This document shows positions 1-12,656 of a DNA stretch of 64,000 nt, piece by piece (position 1 is the stretch's first letter; each line of letters starts with the position of its first letter). A program made the position numbers and the translations under genes. Source of the stretch: Macrostomum lignano. Taxonomy: Eukaryota. Where the stretch lies: assembly GCA_002269645.1 (NCBI GenBank), contig NIVC01003170.1, positions 48,410-112,409 on the forward strand, read 5' to 3'. The notes below the pieces were generated by a model that saw nothing but the letters and a program-made list of their open reading frames with translations, made no database searches and was not told the origin of the DNA.

Positions 1-1569
1 AATGTCGCCTGGCTGACGGAAGAGCTTGACGCTTAAATCTCGATCGACCATTTCCGCTGCTTTCAATCAAGTGCTTTACACACCTTTCAGTGTAGCTGAG
101 AAAGCTCATGGATCCACCTAGATGTCGGTACACAATCCAGGAGTTGCGAACCAGCTGCTGTAGCAGAAACACCGCCAACTTTACGAACCATTTGTGCGTT
201 CGGCGGCATGCGCTGTAAGGCTGGGCTGCGGCATCCATCCGATCCACACCTCCCATGTTCTGATTATATTGCAAAACCGAGTTGGGCTTCAGCAGCTGCT
301 GCTCCACACCACCGCGCAGTACCCGGCTAACCAAAGAGCTAGCAGCCGTTGAAGCGGAGTCCAACAGATAGACAGTCTTTGTTCCTGAGCTTCGCCTGTC
401 AACCAGCTTCACAGCAAGGATGTCACCATGTCGGGCAAAGGAATGACTCGGTGGTTGCAAGAGCATATCTCGCAGAATCGTGGAACGCCTCGGTCTTTGC
501 GAACGGTCCCAGTTAAGGTTGTTCCTCTGGTCAGAAGGAACTTGGCCAGTCGCACCGATGAAAACCAACTGTCGCAAAAGACCCGATATCCAAGGTCCAG
601 AATGTCGCGACAAAGTTCTACGACGACTCTCTCACTGATTGAGAGCTGCGGCACATCGTTGCCGAACTGTTCATTCGCAATGGTGGTTGAATGTATCAGA
701 TAGTTCCACATGTAGCCTGTAGAAGACTCTGCAAGGCAGTACAATTTGATGCCAAACTTGGCTCTCTTGTTGGGCATGTACTGCTTAAAAATCAGCTTCC
801 CTTTATAGAGCAGCAGCGCTTCATCAACGGCAATGCTTTGACCGGGCAGGTAGCTGTTCTTGCAAACTGTCTGGACCATGTCTAGGAACGGCCTGATCTT
901 GCACAAGGGATCACCAGCGTCGAAGTCAAGACAGTCATAGCAACGCAGCCATGACATGATTTGTTGAAACCGCGAGCGAGGAAGCATCTTCATGCTTTGA
1001 AAGTAGGGATGAAAGTAGAACGGGTCCGTAGACCAGTAAGCCGTCACCTCCGGTTTCTGTACAACTCCGGTATATAATATAACGCCGATCACCTTCTTCA
1101 TCTCAGAAACAGTGCAGGGCTTCCACGTTCTGAGCCCGTAAGGCAGTTCATCATCTCCGTGTTCTTCTTGAAACTTGGCAATATCCAGCTGCGCTCTCTT
1201 GTTTGTCCACATGCACATCTGAAGCAGCAACTCATCGGGTAAAAATTGCTCGAAAATGGCTGTCCAGCCGTCATCAACATCAGCAGGTACGGAGAATCCC
1301 GGATTGACTCCGCTTGCCCCGAGGAACTCGGGAAGAGAATTAGCTCGAGCATCAGTCTCTGGAGTTACTGATCTCCAATCATCGTGCATCATTCCCTGAT
1401 CGTCTTCCTCCGGTCCATCGTTGCCTGTTTGATTTTCGTCACCGTCCTCTCCCTCGCTCTCGGCAGTGAAAAATGAGTCATCGCTCGACTCATCGCTCGA
1501 TTCGCTGTCGAGGCCCAAGTTTCGCAAGGCTTGCTTGGCTGCTTGCCGTCGCTGTCTGACCGCTTGCAT
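1..1569 (-). pseudogene. piggyBac-family (PGBD4-like) transposase, one frameshift near 475, runs off window start
   Basis: ORF 409..1938 contains acidic N-terminus and AVDEALLLYKGK...QYMPNKRAKFGIK, FCDSWFSS, GTVRKDRG motifs. Manual translation of the adjacent frame below 475 gives YNQNMGGVDRMD and KWFVKV. Likely ATG at 1569. No TTAA/TIR end found. Confidence 0.85.
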
Positions 1570-1869
1570 TGTAAGATTTGGTAAGTTGGGGTGGTGAGCT
1601 AAGGAGGCACCAGTAAAAATTCTTGCAGTTAACTTTTCATGCCTGTATTCCCTCCCTCTTGCCTTTTTTCTAGGTTGGCCATAGACTATTCTCCAGTCAA
1701 AGATGTCACTTCTCCTGTTGAGAAAGTGTTTTCTTGCCTGTCCATAATAAAGCAACTGTTTTGGAATTCGAAGTGTACAGCGCAGATCTAAATTGTCTAT
1801 GGCATGCAGTGCTTGCCATTTGGTAAGATAGAGATGTGGGGAAGGAATTCTGTCGTAGACAAGTGGTAA

Positions 1870-4395
1870 GAAGTGCTTCAGCATATGCTCAGCACATTCT
1901 TCCCGAGGGTACCCACTGCTAGATCGGAACCCAACCATTCGATGGATGGAGCCACCCTAGCGGCGGGCATTATCACTGAAGACTTAATCGCTAGTGCGGT
2001 CAGAACCTTCAAGCCCTTCAAATCTCCTGGACCTGATGGTATCTACCCTGTTCTTCTTCGTGAAGCAGCCAAGATACCCTCGTTCTTGAGACTCACCCGC
2101 AATCTCATGCGGGCCTCTATCCAACTGGGATACGTTCTCAAGTGCTGGACCAAAGCTCGGGTAGTCTTCATTCCCAAACCTGGGAAGGTGACTACCAGAG
2201 CGTCAAGGCATTTAGGCCAATTAGCTTAACGTCAGCAATGCTTAAGCTCACTGAGAGGCTTATTCTCTGGCGGCTGCTTTCTTGCGAGCTGACAGCAATG
2301 CCCCTCAGCAATCATCAGCACGCCTTCCGTACCGGGAGGTCGACTGACAGTGCCCTGCATGCGATAGTCTAGAAGATTGAACGGGCGGACTGGGTGACGT
2401 TTACGCCCTGGCTCTTTTTCTCGACATTGTTGGCGCCTTCGACAACGTTATCTTTGAAGCGTTTCAGAGGGCCCTTCAAAACCGCAAAGCTCACGCTACC
2501 CTCATACGGTGGATCATGTACATGATCTCTAACCGTACGGTCACTGCCCAACTTCTAGGGCAAACTGCCTCCGCCAGAGTCTGTAAGGGTGGACCCCAAG
2601 GCGGAGTCCTCACCCCGACGCTCTGGAACCTGGTCATGGACGCTCTCCTGGGCGATCCTCGACCTGATCCCGTCTTCAAAGTCGGGTATGCTGACGACGT
2701 CACTGCCATTGTGGCTGGGCCGTCCCCCAGCACGCTCAGGGATCTGATGCAGAGCTTTATCCGCAAAGCAGAATCTTGGGCCAATGACAACGGTCTGGAA
2801 CTCTCTGAGCCCAAAACTGTTGCCATTACGTTCACCAGCAGAATACGCTGGAACATACGACCTCTGCAGTTATACGGCAGAGATATTGCCTTCGCGCACC
2901 AGACCAGATGTCTCGGGGTCATACTTGACCACCGGCTCAACTGGTCCTTCCACGTGAAAGCAAAAGCCAAGCGTGCCTCAGCCATCCTGGCCCAGCTCCG
3001 ACGAGCACTTGGCACTTCTTGGGGTCTATCCCCAAAGCGGCTTTGGTGGATCTACACTTCCGTAGTAAGACCTGCCATTACGTACGCCTCGGTTGTCTGG
3101 GTTAGCGCTACCCAGGTCAATAGCCATGCAGATTTGCTCAACACGATCCAAGGCAGAGCGTGTAGGCTTATCTGCAACGCCACCAGGTCCACGCCCTTTG
3201 CCGGCATGGGGCCTTCCTTAATCTACCGCCTCTCGACCTCTTCGTCAGGGGTGAGGCGGCTAGAACGACGCGGTGTTTACTTGATGCCGGTGTCAAATTC
3301 CTTTACATGAGGGCACCTGCTAAGCGGAACCTCGTCCCGCATAGCGACCTGTGCCTCAACATTCTCAACGAGTGTCAGGCCAATCGCGTCTTCACCGATG
3401 GCATTGTCTCAACGCTCAACCTGAGACAACGCTACTCCGTAGCTATCGACTCGCGCGATACCATCAATGACCACTGAAACCCTGGTGAGCTTCACTGCTA
3501 CACCGACGGTTCTAAGCAGTCAGCCAACACCGGTTTTGGTGTTGGAATCTTCCTGAACTGGAGGGTCCATTTTCCATTCGGACAGCCAAGCTGCCTTGCA
3601 CGCCATCAGTGGCTGTAGTACCAATTCTGCTACAGTCATCGACTGTATCAAACTCCTCAACATGTTGGGCTCCACCAACAAAATCACCCGTAAGTGGGTT
3701 CCGGAGCATGTGGGGATCCGAGGGAATGAGTTGGCTGACGCCCTTGCAAAATTTGGCGCCTCCGGCTCCTCTCTCGGTCCCGAACCCCTTGTCCCGATTC
3801 CTGGCTATGTCATCGACTCGCGCATCAAAGCGTGGATCAGGACCCAGCACCGCTCGACTTGGGCGAACTGCACTACCTGCAGGCAATCCAGAGGCGCTGT
3901 CCCTCGTCCCTCTCACCAGCTCCGGAAGCTCCTCTTGCGCCTCTCGCGCAGAGACATCCGGGCTGCCACCATGACCCTCTCAGGTCACGGCTGCTTCTCT
4001 AGGCACCAGTACCTGCAGGACTACGCCACCAACGCCATCTGCAGTTTCTGTAACTCAGGTGACGAAACCGCTGAACATTTCGTCAGCATCTGTCCCGCCT
4101 TTACGCGAGCCAGACTCACTTACCTCGGGCCACACACATATATTACTGAAGCGTGCAAACCCGAAAACTTTAATCAGCTCATGCGCTACCTCCGGGCCAC
4201 CCACAGGGCTGAACTCTCCTTTCCAGAGAACACTATAGCTGCTGGCGACACTGGGGGACCTCCCTGGGCGGCGCCAACCCTTCGTCCATAGCTCGTAGCG
4301 ACGCGTCGGCCGTTCAGGGATTAGCGGAATGGGCGCTCGCGCCTTCCCGCTGTGTCCCCCCGGGACAGCCCTGCAGCTAGCCTAACCTAACCTAA
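1870..4395 (+). mobile_element. 5'-truncated, frameshifted non-LTR retrotransposon (LOA/R1 group; RT, RNase H, CCHC)
   Basis: Fragments [59 protein letters not shown] and GHG...CSFC...ETAEHF in successive frames; ends in (CCTAA)3 at 4381-4395. No TSD seen. Confidence 0.9.
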
Positions 4396-4644
4396 TGCTG
4401 AGTTTGTCCTTGGCCAGTGAGAAAGTTCTCAGGTAGCTCAGAGGTAGCATCAGAGTTCATATGTGACTACAAAGGTCAACTAGAACATAATTGTTAACAT
4501 TAGGCCGCGCCAGCCTAACTGGCAGGTGTGCAACCAACAGCTCAGCTGCAGCTATCGCGGGGGGCTTCATATTACCGGAATTTCACAACGCCGAAAATTA
4601 TGCATGGTCCTGGTTATATAAGTTTTCTACGATGTGAAATTTTG

Positions 4645-4900
4645 GCCTTCTGAAGATTCGGTGTTATGAAGGACCATGCAGTAGTTTTCGGCCTTGTGAA
4701 GATTCGGTGTTATGAAGGACCATGCAGTAATTTTTGACCTTGTGAAGATTCGGTGTTATGAAGGACCATGCAGTAATTTTCGACCTTGTGAAGATTCGGT
4801 GTTATGAAGGACCATGCAGTAGTTTTCGACCTTGTGAAGATTCGGTGTTATGAAGGACCATGCAGTAGTTTTCGGCCTTGTGAAGATTCGGTGTTATGAA
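4645..4900. repeat. 46-bp tandem repeat, about 5.5 copies
   Basis: Unit CCTTGTGAAGATTCGGTGTTATGAAGGACCATGCAGTAGTTTTCGA read directly. Confidence 0.9.
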
Positions 4901-4933
4901 AGCGACGCCTTATTTACTGCGAGGCGCATCTGA

Positions 4934-5140
4934 AGGCTGCGTACGGCTGTTCAGTCCAAGGACTGGGGGGGGGGGTCGTCACACACACCGTCAATTATCT
5001 CAGCTAATGCTGGTACCCATTTACAGCTGGGTGAACTGAAGCAATGCAGAGTTAAGCGTCTTGCTCAAGGACGCAAATTGTTCCGATTGTGTCAAGAATC
5101 GAACCCCCGACCTTTCAGTCGTGAGTCCGACGCTGTAACC
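4934..5140 (-). mobile_element. tRNA-derived SINE copy
   Basis: Minus strand has a B-box-like GGTTCGATTC in a tRNA-like head. A second copy with clear identity lies at about 53777-53960. Confidence 0.7.
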
Positions 5141-5781
5141 GAAGCTGGAATTATAAAAAGCTCCAAAACTACAAGATAAAGCAGGTTTGGAAGCTTGCTT
5201 GCTTCTTCAGTGTCAGAATCAAGCGAATGCGTCCTGGATGACCTCGCGTCACCTCTTGGTTACAGAACGCGATTCGGGTTGATTAGAAATTCAGAAGAGC
5301 AGGAAGAAAACTCGGTGCGTTCACTTTTCCATGTTAAGTTGTAATGTACATTGCTAACTATGACATATTGCCCTAAGTATTTGGAGCTCCGACAATCCTG
5401 GCTGAGTTGATCTGAACGCGTGTGAGAGGAAAAGACACACACGCACACACACCGAGAGAGAGAGAGAGAGAGAGACAGAGGCGGGACCCGAAAGCAGCTG
5501 GTGTCAATAACGATCACTGAATTTATGACAGCCAACCCATTACTGTGCGCGAGACGTGCGGAAGGTTGCGCCAGCTCTGATCCGACCCAACCCCCATGTA
5601 GCCCCCCCCGAACCAATGCAGAGTAATTATAAAGCAGCTTAGCAAACATGCAGGTCTCTGCAACAATCTGCTGCAGAATAAGGTGCTTGTTTACTTGCTG
5701 GAAAGGACACTCAGACAGTCTGCTGTCGAAGCGATTCGTTGCGTAAATCTCTCCTTTGTCCAGGTGAACCCGTTCATTACA

Positions 5782-7413
5782 ATGGCCGACCAGTTGCACT
5801 CCGATTCCGATTCAACAGGTGAGCTAAGTAGGCATTTAAAAATAGGATTCATTTCTCTATTTCTATAATTTAGGCAACCGTTTCCAGGAAAATGTTACCT
5901 TGGAAGAGTAAAATTATATCGGGGAAAGATGAGCTCGATAGAGGATGCACTCGAGGCAGATAAACGCATGCCCCTCGCGTTACATGCGTTCGATTAAGGT
6001 TGCCAGAGGACAGGTAGACAAGCAGGTAGGTCGGGGGAGGCACACAGGTAGGCAGGTGACTGTTAGCTACTATGCAGAAGTTAGTACACAGGGTGTGTTC
6101 CATTATCTCTATGCACATTGACTGCTCCGGTTTCTACCAAAAACCTGTTTTATTTTATTACTAATTTCCATTATTGCTCCACCAGCCCAGAACGGCAACG
6201 CCAAGAAGCAGCAGGACGCCACATCGATAGTGGAGAGGCGCCAACGAGATCATCTGCTCGGGGAGATGTCGAGTGCCTACAAGAGCGTCATCAGCATGGT
6301 TGGAGAGAACCCGGAGCGGCAGGGACTGAAGAAGACTCCGGAGCGAGCGGCCAAGGCAATGCTGTTCTTCACTAAAGGTGAGAGGCTGCGATTCAAAATG
6401 CGCATATCTAGTTGGGACACGTAGAGGTCACAATTGGACCACTAGAAGTTACCGTTGTACATGGTATTAGCCCGAAATCATATTTTTAACAGAATTGAAA
6501 TATTCTGCTCTTCAGGCTACGACGAGACAATCGACGACGTTCTTAACGAAGCTATCTTCGACGAGGACCACGACGAAATGGTAGTAGTGAAGGACATCGA
6601 GATGTTCTCAATCTGCGAGCACCACATGGTGCCGTTCATTGGCAAAGTCTCCATTGGCTACTTGCCGAATAAGCGGGTTCTGGGGATCAGCAAGCTCGCC
6701 AGGATTGTGGAGATCTACAGCCGGAGAATGCAGGTGCGCATCTGTGGACTTTTTGTAGGTGTGGTAGCTATAGGCACCGCTGGGATCGGGACTGATATGG
6801 GATCGGGACTGATATGTGATCGGGACTGATATGGGATCGGGACTGATATGGGATCGGGACTGATATGGGATCGGGACTGATATGGGATCGGGACTGATAT
6901 GGGATCGGGACTGATATGGGATCGGGACTGATATGGGATCGGGACTGATATGGGATCGGGACTGATATGGGATCGGGACTGATATGGGATCGGGACTGAT
7001 ATGGGATCGGGACTGATATGGGATCGGGACTGATATGGGATCGGGACTGATATGGGATCGGGACTGATATGGGATCGGGACTGATATGGGATCGGGACTG
7101 ATATGGGATCGGGACTGATATGGGATCGGGACTGATGGCAGGGACTGATGGCATTGTGAAGCCAATCAAGCCGATCCCAAACTACAATGTAATGCAACAG
7201 GTCCAGGAGCGCCTGACAAAGCAAATAGCGATGGCCATCACGAAGGCTGTGCAGCCAAACGGGGTTGGAGTGGTGGTGGAGGCCACGCACATGTGCATGG
7301 TGATGCGAGGAGTGCAGAAGATCAACGCCGTCACCGTCACTTCCACCATGCTGGGCTGCCTTCGCGACGATCCAAAGAGTCGAGAAGAATTTCTCAGCCT
7401 GATTAAGAAATAA
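5782..7413 (+). CDS. GCH1: GTP cyclohydrolase I; exons 5782-5818, 6186-6377, 6516-6733, 7201-7413 (219 aa)
   Basis: [51 protein letters not shown]|[27 protein letters not shown] introns with consistent phases; exon lengths sum to 660 nt. Exon 1 is less certain. Confidence 0.95.
6782..7135. repeat. 17-bp minisatellite (GGGATCGGGACTGATAT)n, about 21 copies, in GCH1 intron 3
   Basis: Read directly; explains the [17 protein letters not shown] pseudo-ORFs. Confidence 0.95.
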
Positions 7414-9067
7414 ATTCAATCGCTAACTGTACTTAGTGTGTGAACTAAATATAGTGTGAACTATATTTGTTTTTCATTGCTGTGGAAAATATATTAACTG
7501 TTTATGGTTTTGGATTCATCAAATTTTAATCGTATTCATGTACTCTGGTGCTCTTTTTGATGCGATGGATTAAACTACTTGACCCAAACTAAAAGGTTGC
7601 CTGAAAAATGTGTTGCAGACATCTTATTTATAAACTTTTTCTATGTTGTATATCTAATTATAAATGCATCAATCAATTATATCTGATACATATGCATCAG
7701 GTGGACGTAAGTTATATAGTTTGTACTCATCATTTGGCAAAGATTCCTTCAAAATTTAATGATAGATTTCCTCTCCTGCTATGTTCAAATTTCTAATTCA
7801 TATGCGGTTGTTTATTAAACCAGAAAATAGGAACAAAATATAACGAGAGATGATTCGTCTTATTATAGACATTTTTTGCTCAGAACAACTGATTAACAAC
7901 CAAACCTCTCAGGCAAGTCTTGCAAATAACAGGGCTGAAATTAAAGAGAGTAAAATTATTCGAGCTTTTATACAATTTTACTTTTTCAGCACCAAGGCGG
8001 ACAAACAGGTATTTCGAAATTTAAGCTTCGCGAAGTTGTGCAAAGAACATACGGTAAAATACGTGTACTGATTGAGTTTTTATGGAAACAACTGAAAAGT
8101 TAAAACAAAATTTCGAGAAACAATATAAAATAAATAAATTATCGCCATAAACTACGCTTTCTTGCTTTAATAATAACTTCAGTAACACTTTATAGCCTGG
8201 AAAACTTTTAACACTTACAGATTTTAGCGTTTGTAGTAGTTTAACTTTGAATGTACTAACTAATTTTTAAATCAAGTTGATGAGAGGAAAAAAAACTTAC
8301 CATGCAAGGTCACTAAAATTTAAGTTGTAGAGAGCTTCATAATCTCACGAATAGTTATGCAGAGTTTAATTGCGCCATCGCTTTAAAATTAGCAGTAGTA
8401 AACCAATAAATATTAAGGAATAATGATCTGCTGCGCAAAAATGAATACGAGCTCAACTTCAACGTCATCAGTTCAATCTAGTTCTATCGTCGAGGTCGAC
8501 AAAAATTGTAAACTAAGTGTAAGTTAAATTAGATTTTTCAAATTAGAATAGTGAAAATAATGCTTGGTAAGCAGCAATGCTTTTTAATACAGTGATGTTA
8601 TTAACACTTAGAAAGACATTAAGAATAAGATGCGCAAATTTAAACATACGAGCGTAATTGACTTAAATTTTCTTTGTGTTGAATATTTCAAACTTCTCAT
8701 TCAAGGATTACAGAAATAAGAATTTTATGTACCCATACAAACTATTTAATGATACTTCTTTATATAATCTATATAAAAAATCAGGACTTTCAGAAATACA
8801 GTTAATTGAAAATCAAGCAGACATAATACAAATAATAAAGTGATTTTAAATGTGTTTCTAATAATTTTATTAGCTTTAATTTGTCTTTTCGAAATCACAA
8901 GCAATTAGTGCCAAATAAAAAGCTCACTAAATTAAAAAAGATTGAAATCCCTATTTAAATATTGTTTAAGTACAGTACAAAAATTTCTGAAAGCATCTGT
9001 CTATTCAATCTGATGCAACACTGGTGCCCAAACTCGACAGGCATCGATCGCTGCGTACAAGAAAGCT

Positions 9068-10238
9068 GTGGAAGCAGAGACGGAGCAGAAATTTGTCGCG
9101 GCTTTTTGGCTCTATCGCCAAGCAGCCCAACAGATGTCAGAAGCGCTGGCAGAACGTCCAGAACTGAAGCATTTTGTCACCGATGGCGGTTCAGCGGCTG
9201 CTGAACTGCTGAGGATCAGCACCAGTAGGGCTTTGGAGCTGCACCGTGAACTCAAAATTGAAGGTTATTTTTTGCCTTTATGCATCCGCTTTATTGTTCA
9301 AAACACGTCACAGGGCGTGCGTCATGAGCCATCCTAAAGAAGAAAGATCGTGCATAACTGCAGTAGATCGAAGGACCCCACACACTCGGTTTTCTTAGAA
9401 ATGAGCTGGAGGCCGGTAAGGATATAGCAAGCTCCGGAGAACGCATAGCTCTGAATGGGATTCTACCATAGACAGAATCGATCGATAAAACGATAAATAC
9501 CGATTTCTCCAGAGCATATGCTAGAAGATCGAATAATAGCGTCCTTTGTACTCCAGTTGTTCATGGGGCAGATAGCTGTGGATATTTCAGTGGATCATCG
9601 AAGTAGTAAAGTTCAGCCAAGCCAAGGTTCAGACCGCCACTATTTTCCTTTTTGTAGTACCAGCGTCTCCCGAAGTGCTGGCTGCTCGAGCTGCTGTCGA
9701 GCGTCTTCTTTTGCAAAGTTTCACGCCCCTGCCACCATCGCCAACGCTACAACTCACGGATTTTTCGACGCAGGCCTCAGCAACCAGCAGTCGCCTTGCC
9801 GACACAGCTGGTTGGGTCTCCGCACTGATTGTCGGGCCAACGGCCGCCACCGATCTGGTGATTGCCGCCGCGATGGCGGACTGTCCAGACGGTGTGGCTG
9901 AAACAGCAGATATTTCGGCCGCGATTTCAATCGCCACAGTTGAGTCCGAGCGCTGCTCGAGAATGGGTCGACTTCTCATGTCCGAGCTGATGCAGAGACC
10001 GGGTCTTTTGTGCCTGCGCCAGCTGGACTGCCTGTTCAACAGCGACAGCGTCATCTCCTCCGAGCTGCGTACGGAGCTTCTGGTTCGAGTCCACGCCTTG
10101 CGGAGCGCCGCTGGCGCCAGCGGAAGGAGCAGCGGCGTCCGAGTTTCTCGGTCCCGAATTCTGGCCACCGCTGCCAGCGCCGACGCCATTCCGAGCAGCG
10201 CCAGGCGAAGACTGTTCGACCTTCAGCTGTCCTGCTGA
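9068..10238 (+). CDS. Probable exons of an uncharacterised host gene (about 9068-9265 and 9660-10238)
   Basis: GC-rich, codon-like open frames (EAETEQKFVAAFWLY..., LAARAAVERLLLQ...LFDLQLSC*) in AT-richer flanks; no family recognised. Confidence 0.35.
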
Positions 10239-10952
10239 CAGATTCCCACTCACTGTCTTTCAAAAGTGCTTTCAATTCCTGTCTTTTTTCACGCATCTTA
10301 TATAACCATGTCATATGTAAATAGTACATGTTTACTCTGTCGGGTTTCAAGAAATTCTCAAAGAAATATACCGGGATTTCTGGCGAATCGCAATGTAGGC
10401 GATGATGACTGCTTCAGTGGATGGCTGCTGTAACTAACTGCTGCATATAGCAGATCCTTATAAAACATAGAGCTTCGTTGCTCTGCTTTTGTTGACATAA
10501 AGCGACCGTTCTTTGGTACGAGCCTACATGTACATCTTACAGTCTGACAAGCAGCCATTTGACAAAACTCTCATTTACATTGTGTCCAGTGTACAGCCCA
10601 ATTAGTTATAGCTATACATTGTACACTAGATCTGCAGGTACATGTTACTCGTATCTGCATCTACAATCGCATAAGCGAGCTAAGCAGAATCCTAAAAATA
10701 CGATCTTAAGTGCCCAGCTTAGCTCGCGAATTCATGATGCAATGATACGAGTAATTTCAAAGTTCAGATCAGCGTTGATAAGCAACCAGCCTCGTGCAAC
10801 TGTGATGCATTCAGAAAAGAAGGAAGAAATTAAAATAGCTGTGTCATGATGTGTATCGCATCGTCTACATGCAGTTGTTTTTCACTCGTGAATAAGTTGT
10901 TTGTTCATTTGTCATTTCACCACAAATCCTCACGTTGAGACAAACTTCATCA

Positions 10953-11888
10953 TCAGCCAGCAGTGATCAGCATGTGGTCGGCCAGTACGGCCTGATCATT
11001 CCAGACTCCGGCACTCGGGTTGTACACGATTCTGGGTAGTCCGGTGCCGTTGCCGCCCAGGTTGGCCCAGGCGCAGATTTCGATCTTCTCCACCACGGCC
11101 AGGACGCCAGAGTCGTCGTTGCAAGTTGAAAAAGCGGTGTTGATGAAGAATGTGCGATTGTGGTAGCTACCGGAGCCCACGCTGGAGGAGCCGATGATGG
11201 AGAAGAAATTGTACGACCTGCCGGGTAGGCTCATTTCCGGCTCGCTGCCGACCAGTCGCGACGGGTCGAACCAATTCATGAAGTTGAGTTCGGCAAAGCT
11301 CGCATCGAACGCGATCTTGAGCACAGTTTTGCCAGCTGTGACCAGCTCGATGGACAGAGTCTTTGCTGTTATAAGTTTCACGAGATCCGACAGTCGGTCG
11401 AGCCAGCAGGACCGCCAGAAGGTCGCGGGAGGCGGCCCAACGTCCGGTGACATGAGCAGAGTCTCGTTGCACCCGTCCGGCTTCAGGTACGAGTCCAGCA
11501 CTTTCACCTGGCTGCCGGAGCTCACGGCGAACAGCACGATTCGCGGCTGAGCCTTGGACACCGGCAGCAGCACCGTCTGCTGGTCGGACTCGTTCGCCCG
11601 AACCTGGTCGCACCAGCTCAAGACGTCGCAGACTCCGGCCTGGTCGGTGGTCGCGTACCGGACGAAACCGGGCTCAGCCGCCTGTTGCTTGAGCAGCAGC
11701 CAGTTGCTCAGACAGTCCAGAAGGCTCCTTACCGGCTCCTTGAGCATCGATCGGCAGCCGGTGAGAGCTCCGGGCAGTGCCAGCTGCTTGAAAGTCTCCG
11801 AGTCCTGACTTGTTGGGTCTTCGCTGCAGACAGACGAGGCTGAAAACGCCAGCAGCATGAGGAGGCTGGTGAAACTCTGAGAATGCAT
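10953..11888 (-). CDS. Secreted 311-aa single-exon protein, uncharacterised invertebrate domain
   Basis: Signal peptide MHSQSFTSLLMLLAFSASSVCS, Cys-containing N-part, and C-terminal NWFDPSRL...NFFSIIG...FFI...C..D.G.L.V...C.W...P.IVY pattern that I recall from uncharacterised mollusc/amphioxus proteins. Confidence 0.7.
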   Translation of the reverse strand: MHSQSFTSLLMLLAFSASSVCSEDPTSQDSETFKQLALPGALTGCRSMLKEPVRSLLDCLSNWLLLKQQAAEPGFVRYATTDQAGVCDVLSWCDQVRANESDQQTVLLPVSKAQPRIVLFAVSSGSQVKVLDSYLKPDGCNETLLMSPDVGPPPATFWRSCWLDRLSDLVKLITAKTLSIELVTAGKTVLKIAFDASFAELNFMNWFDPSRLVGSEPEMSLPGRSYNFFSIIGSSSVGSGSYHNRTFFINTAFSTCNDDSGVLAVVEKIEICAWANLGGNGTGLPRIVYNPSAGVWNDQAVLADHMLITAG

Positions 11889-12656
11889 TCGCTAGAGCTT
11901 CCAACTTAAAACGTGCTGTTGTTAATCTTTTTCAGGAAGGAGCAAAGCATGCACTCAGGGAAAAAGAAAAGGGAGGATTCTCCAGTTTCGTATTTATACA
12001 GAATTTTATACAAAAGAAAGGAGACATCATAGCATGCATTAGGCTTTGCTCCGATATCCTTTGGTTTGATTGACGTGCTTAAGCAGAGCGATTTGCATAA
12101 GAAGTAGCTGGCTGCTTTGTTGAATACGCATGAATAAAGTTTCTTTTTTGATAACGTGAGCCATTTCGATCTGTCAATAAAGTCTGTCAATAGTCTCACA
12201 GAAAACGCTGAATTTTGTTTTGAAGAGACTGAGCACCCATTTCTTCATGCAATATTTCGATTGCATTTATCCTTTCTTTAGCCACGTCCGGTCTGCAAAA
12301 GGATAAAACACTGAACTACCAGCATATGGTTTCTTTGTCAAGTGCTTCACGTCTTTCCCTGGTATACTTTTAAAGCGTAGTCCAAACGGATAAAAAGATT
12401 CGCATGAGTCGCAGAATTTTCTTTACTCAGACCGTTTCAACTTATGCAAAGGCCTATTCTGCAGAGACTCAACGCATGAAAAGTCATCAGAAGTCTTTAT
12501 TTGAACTTTTAACAAAGTAACCAAATGGAAAAAAAATTGAATTAGCAACAAAACGGCACGAGCTATTAGCCAACAGGACTCATACGATGGACAAACATGT
12601 CAGTAAAGTTTCGTCATTGTGCGCCGTCTTCCATAGCGAACTGGCAGAAACTCTTC

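Noticed and set aside
1570-1938. First about 120 aa of the 509-aa ORF as transposase
   Set aside because: Runs into antisense LINE sequence and non-coding DNA; no transposase similarity.
4381-4395. (CCTAA)3 as telomere or TRAS-type telomeric target
   Set aside because: Only three units, at the LINE 3' end, with ordinary sequence beyond; best read as the element's tail.
6608-7419. Long minus-strand ORFs with [17 protein letters not shown] repeats
   Set aside because: Artefact of the 17-bp minisatellite in GCH1 intron 3.
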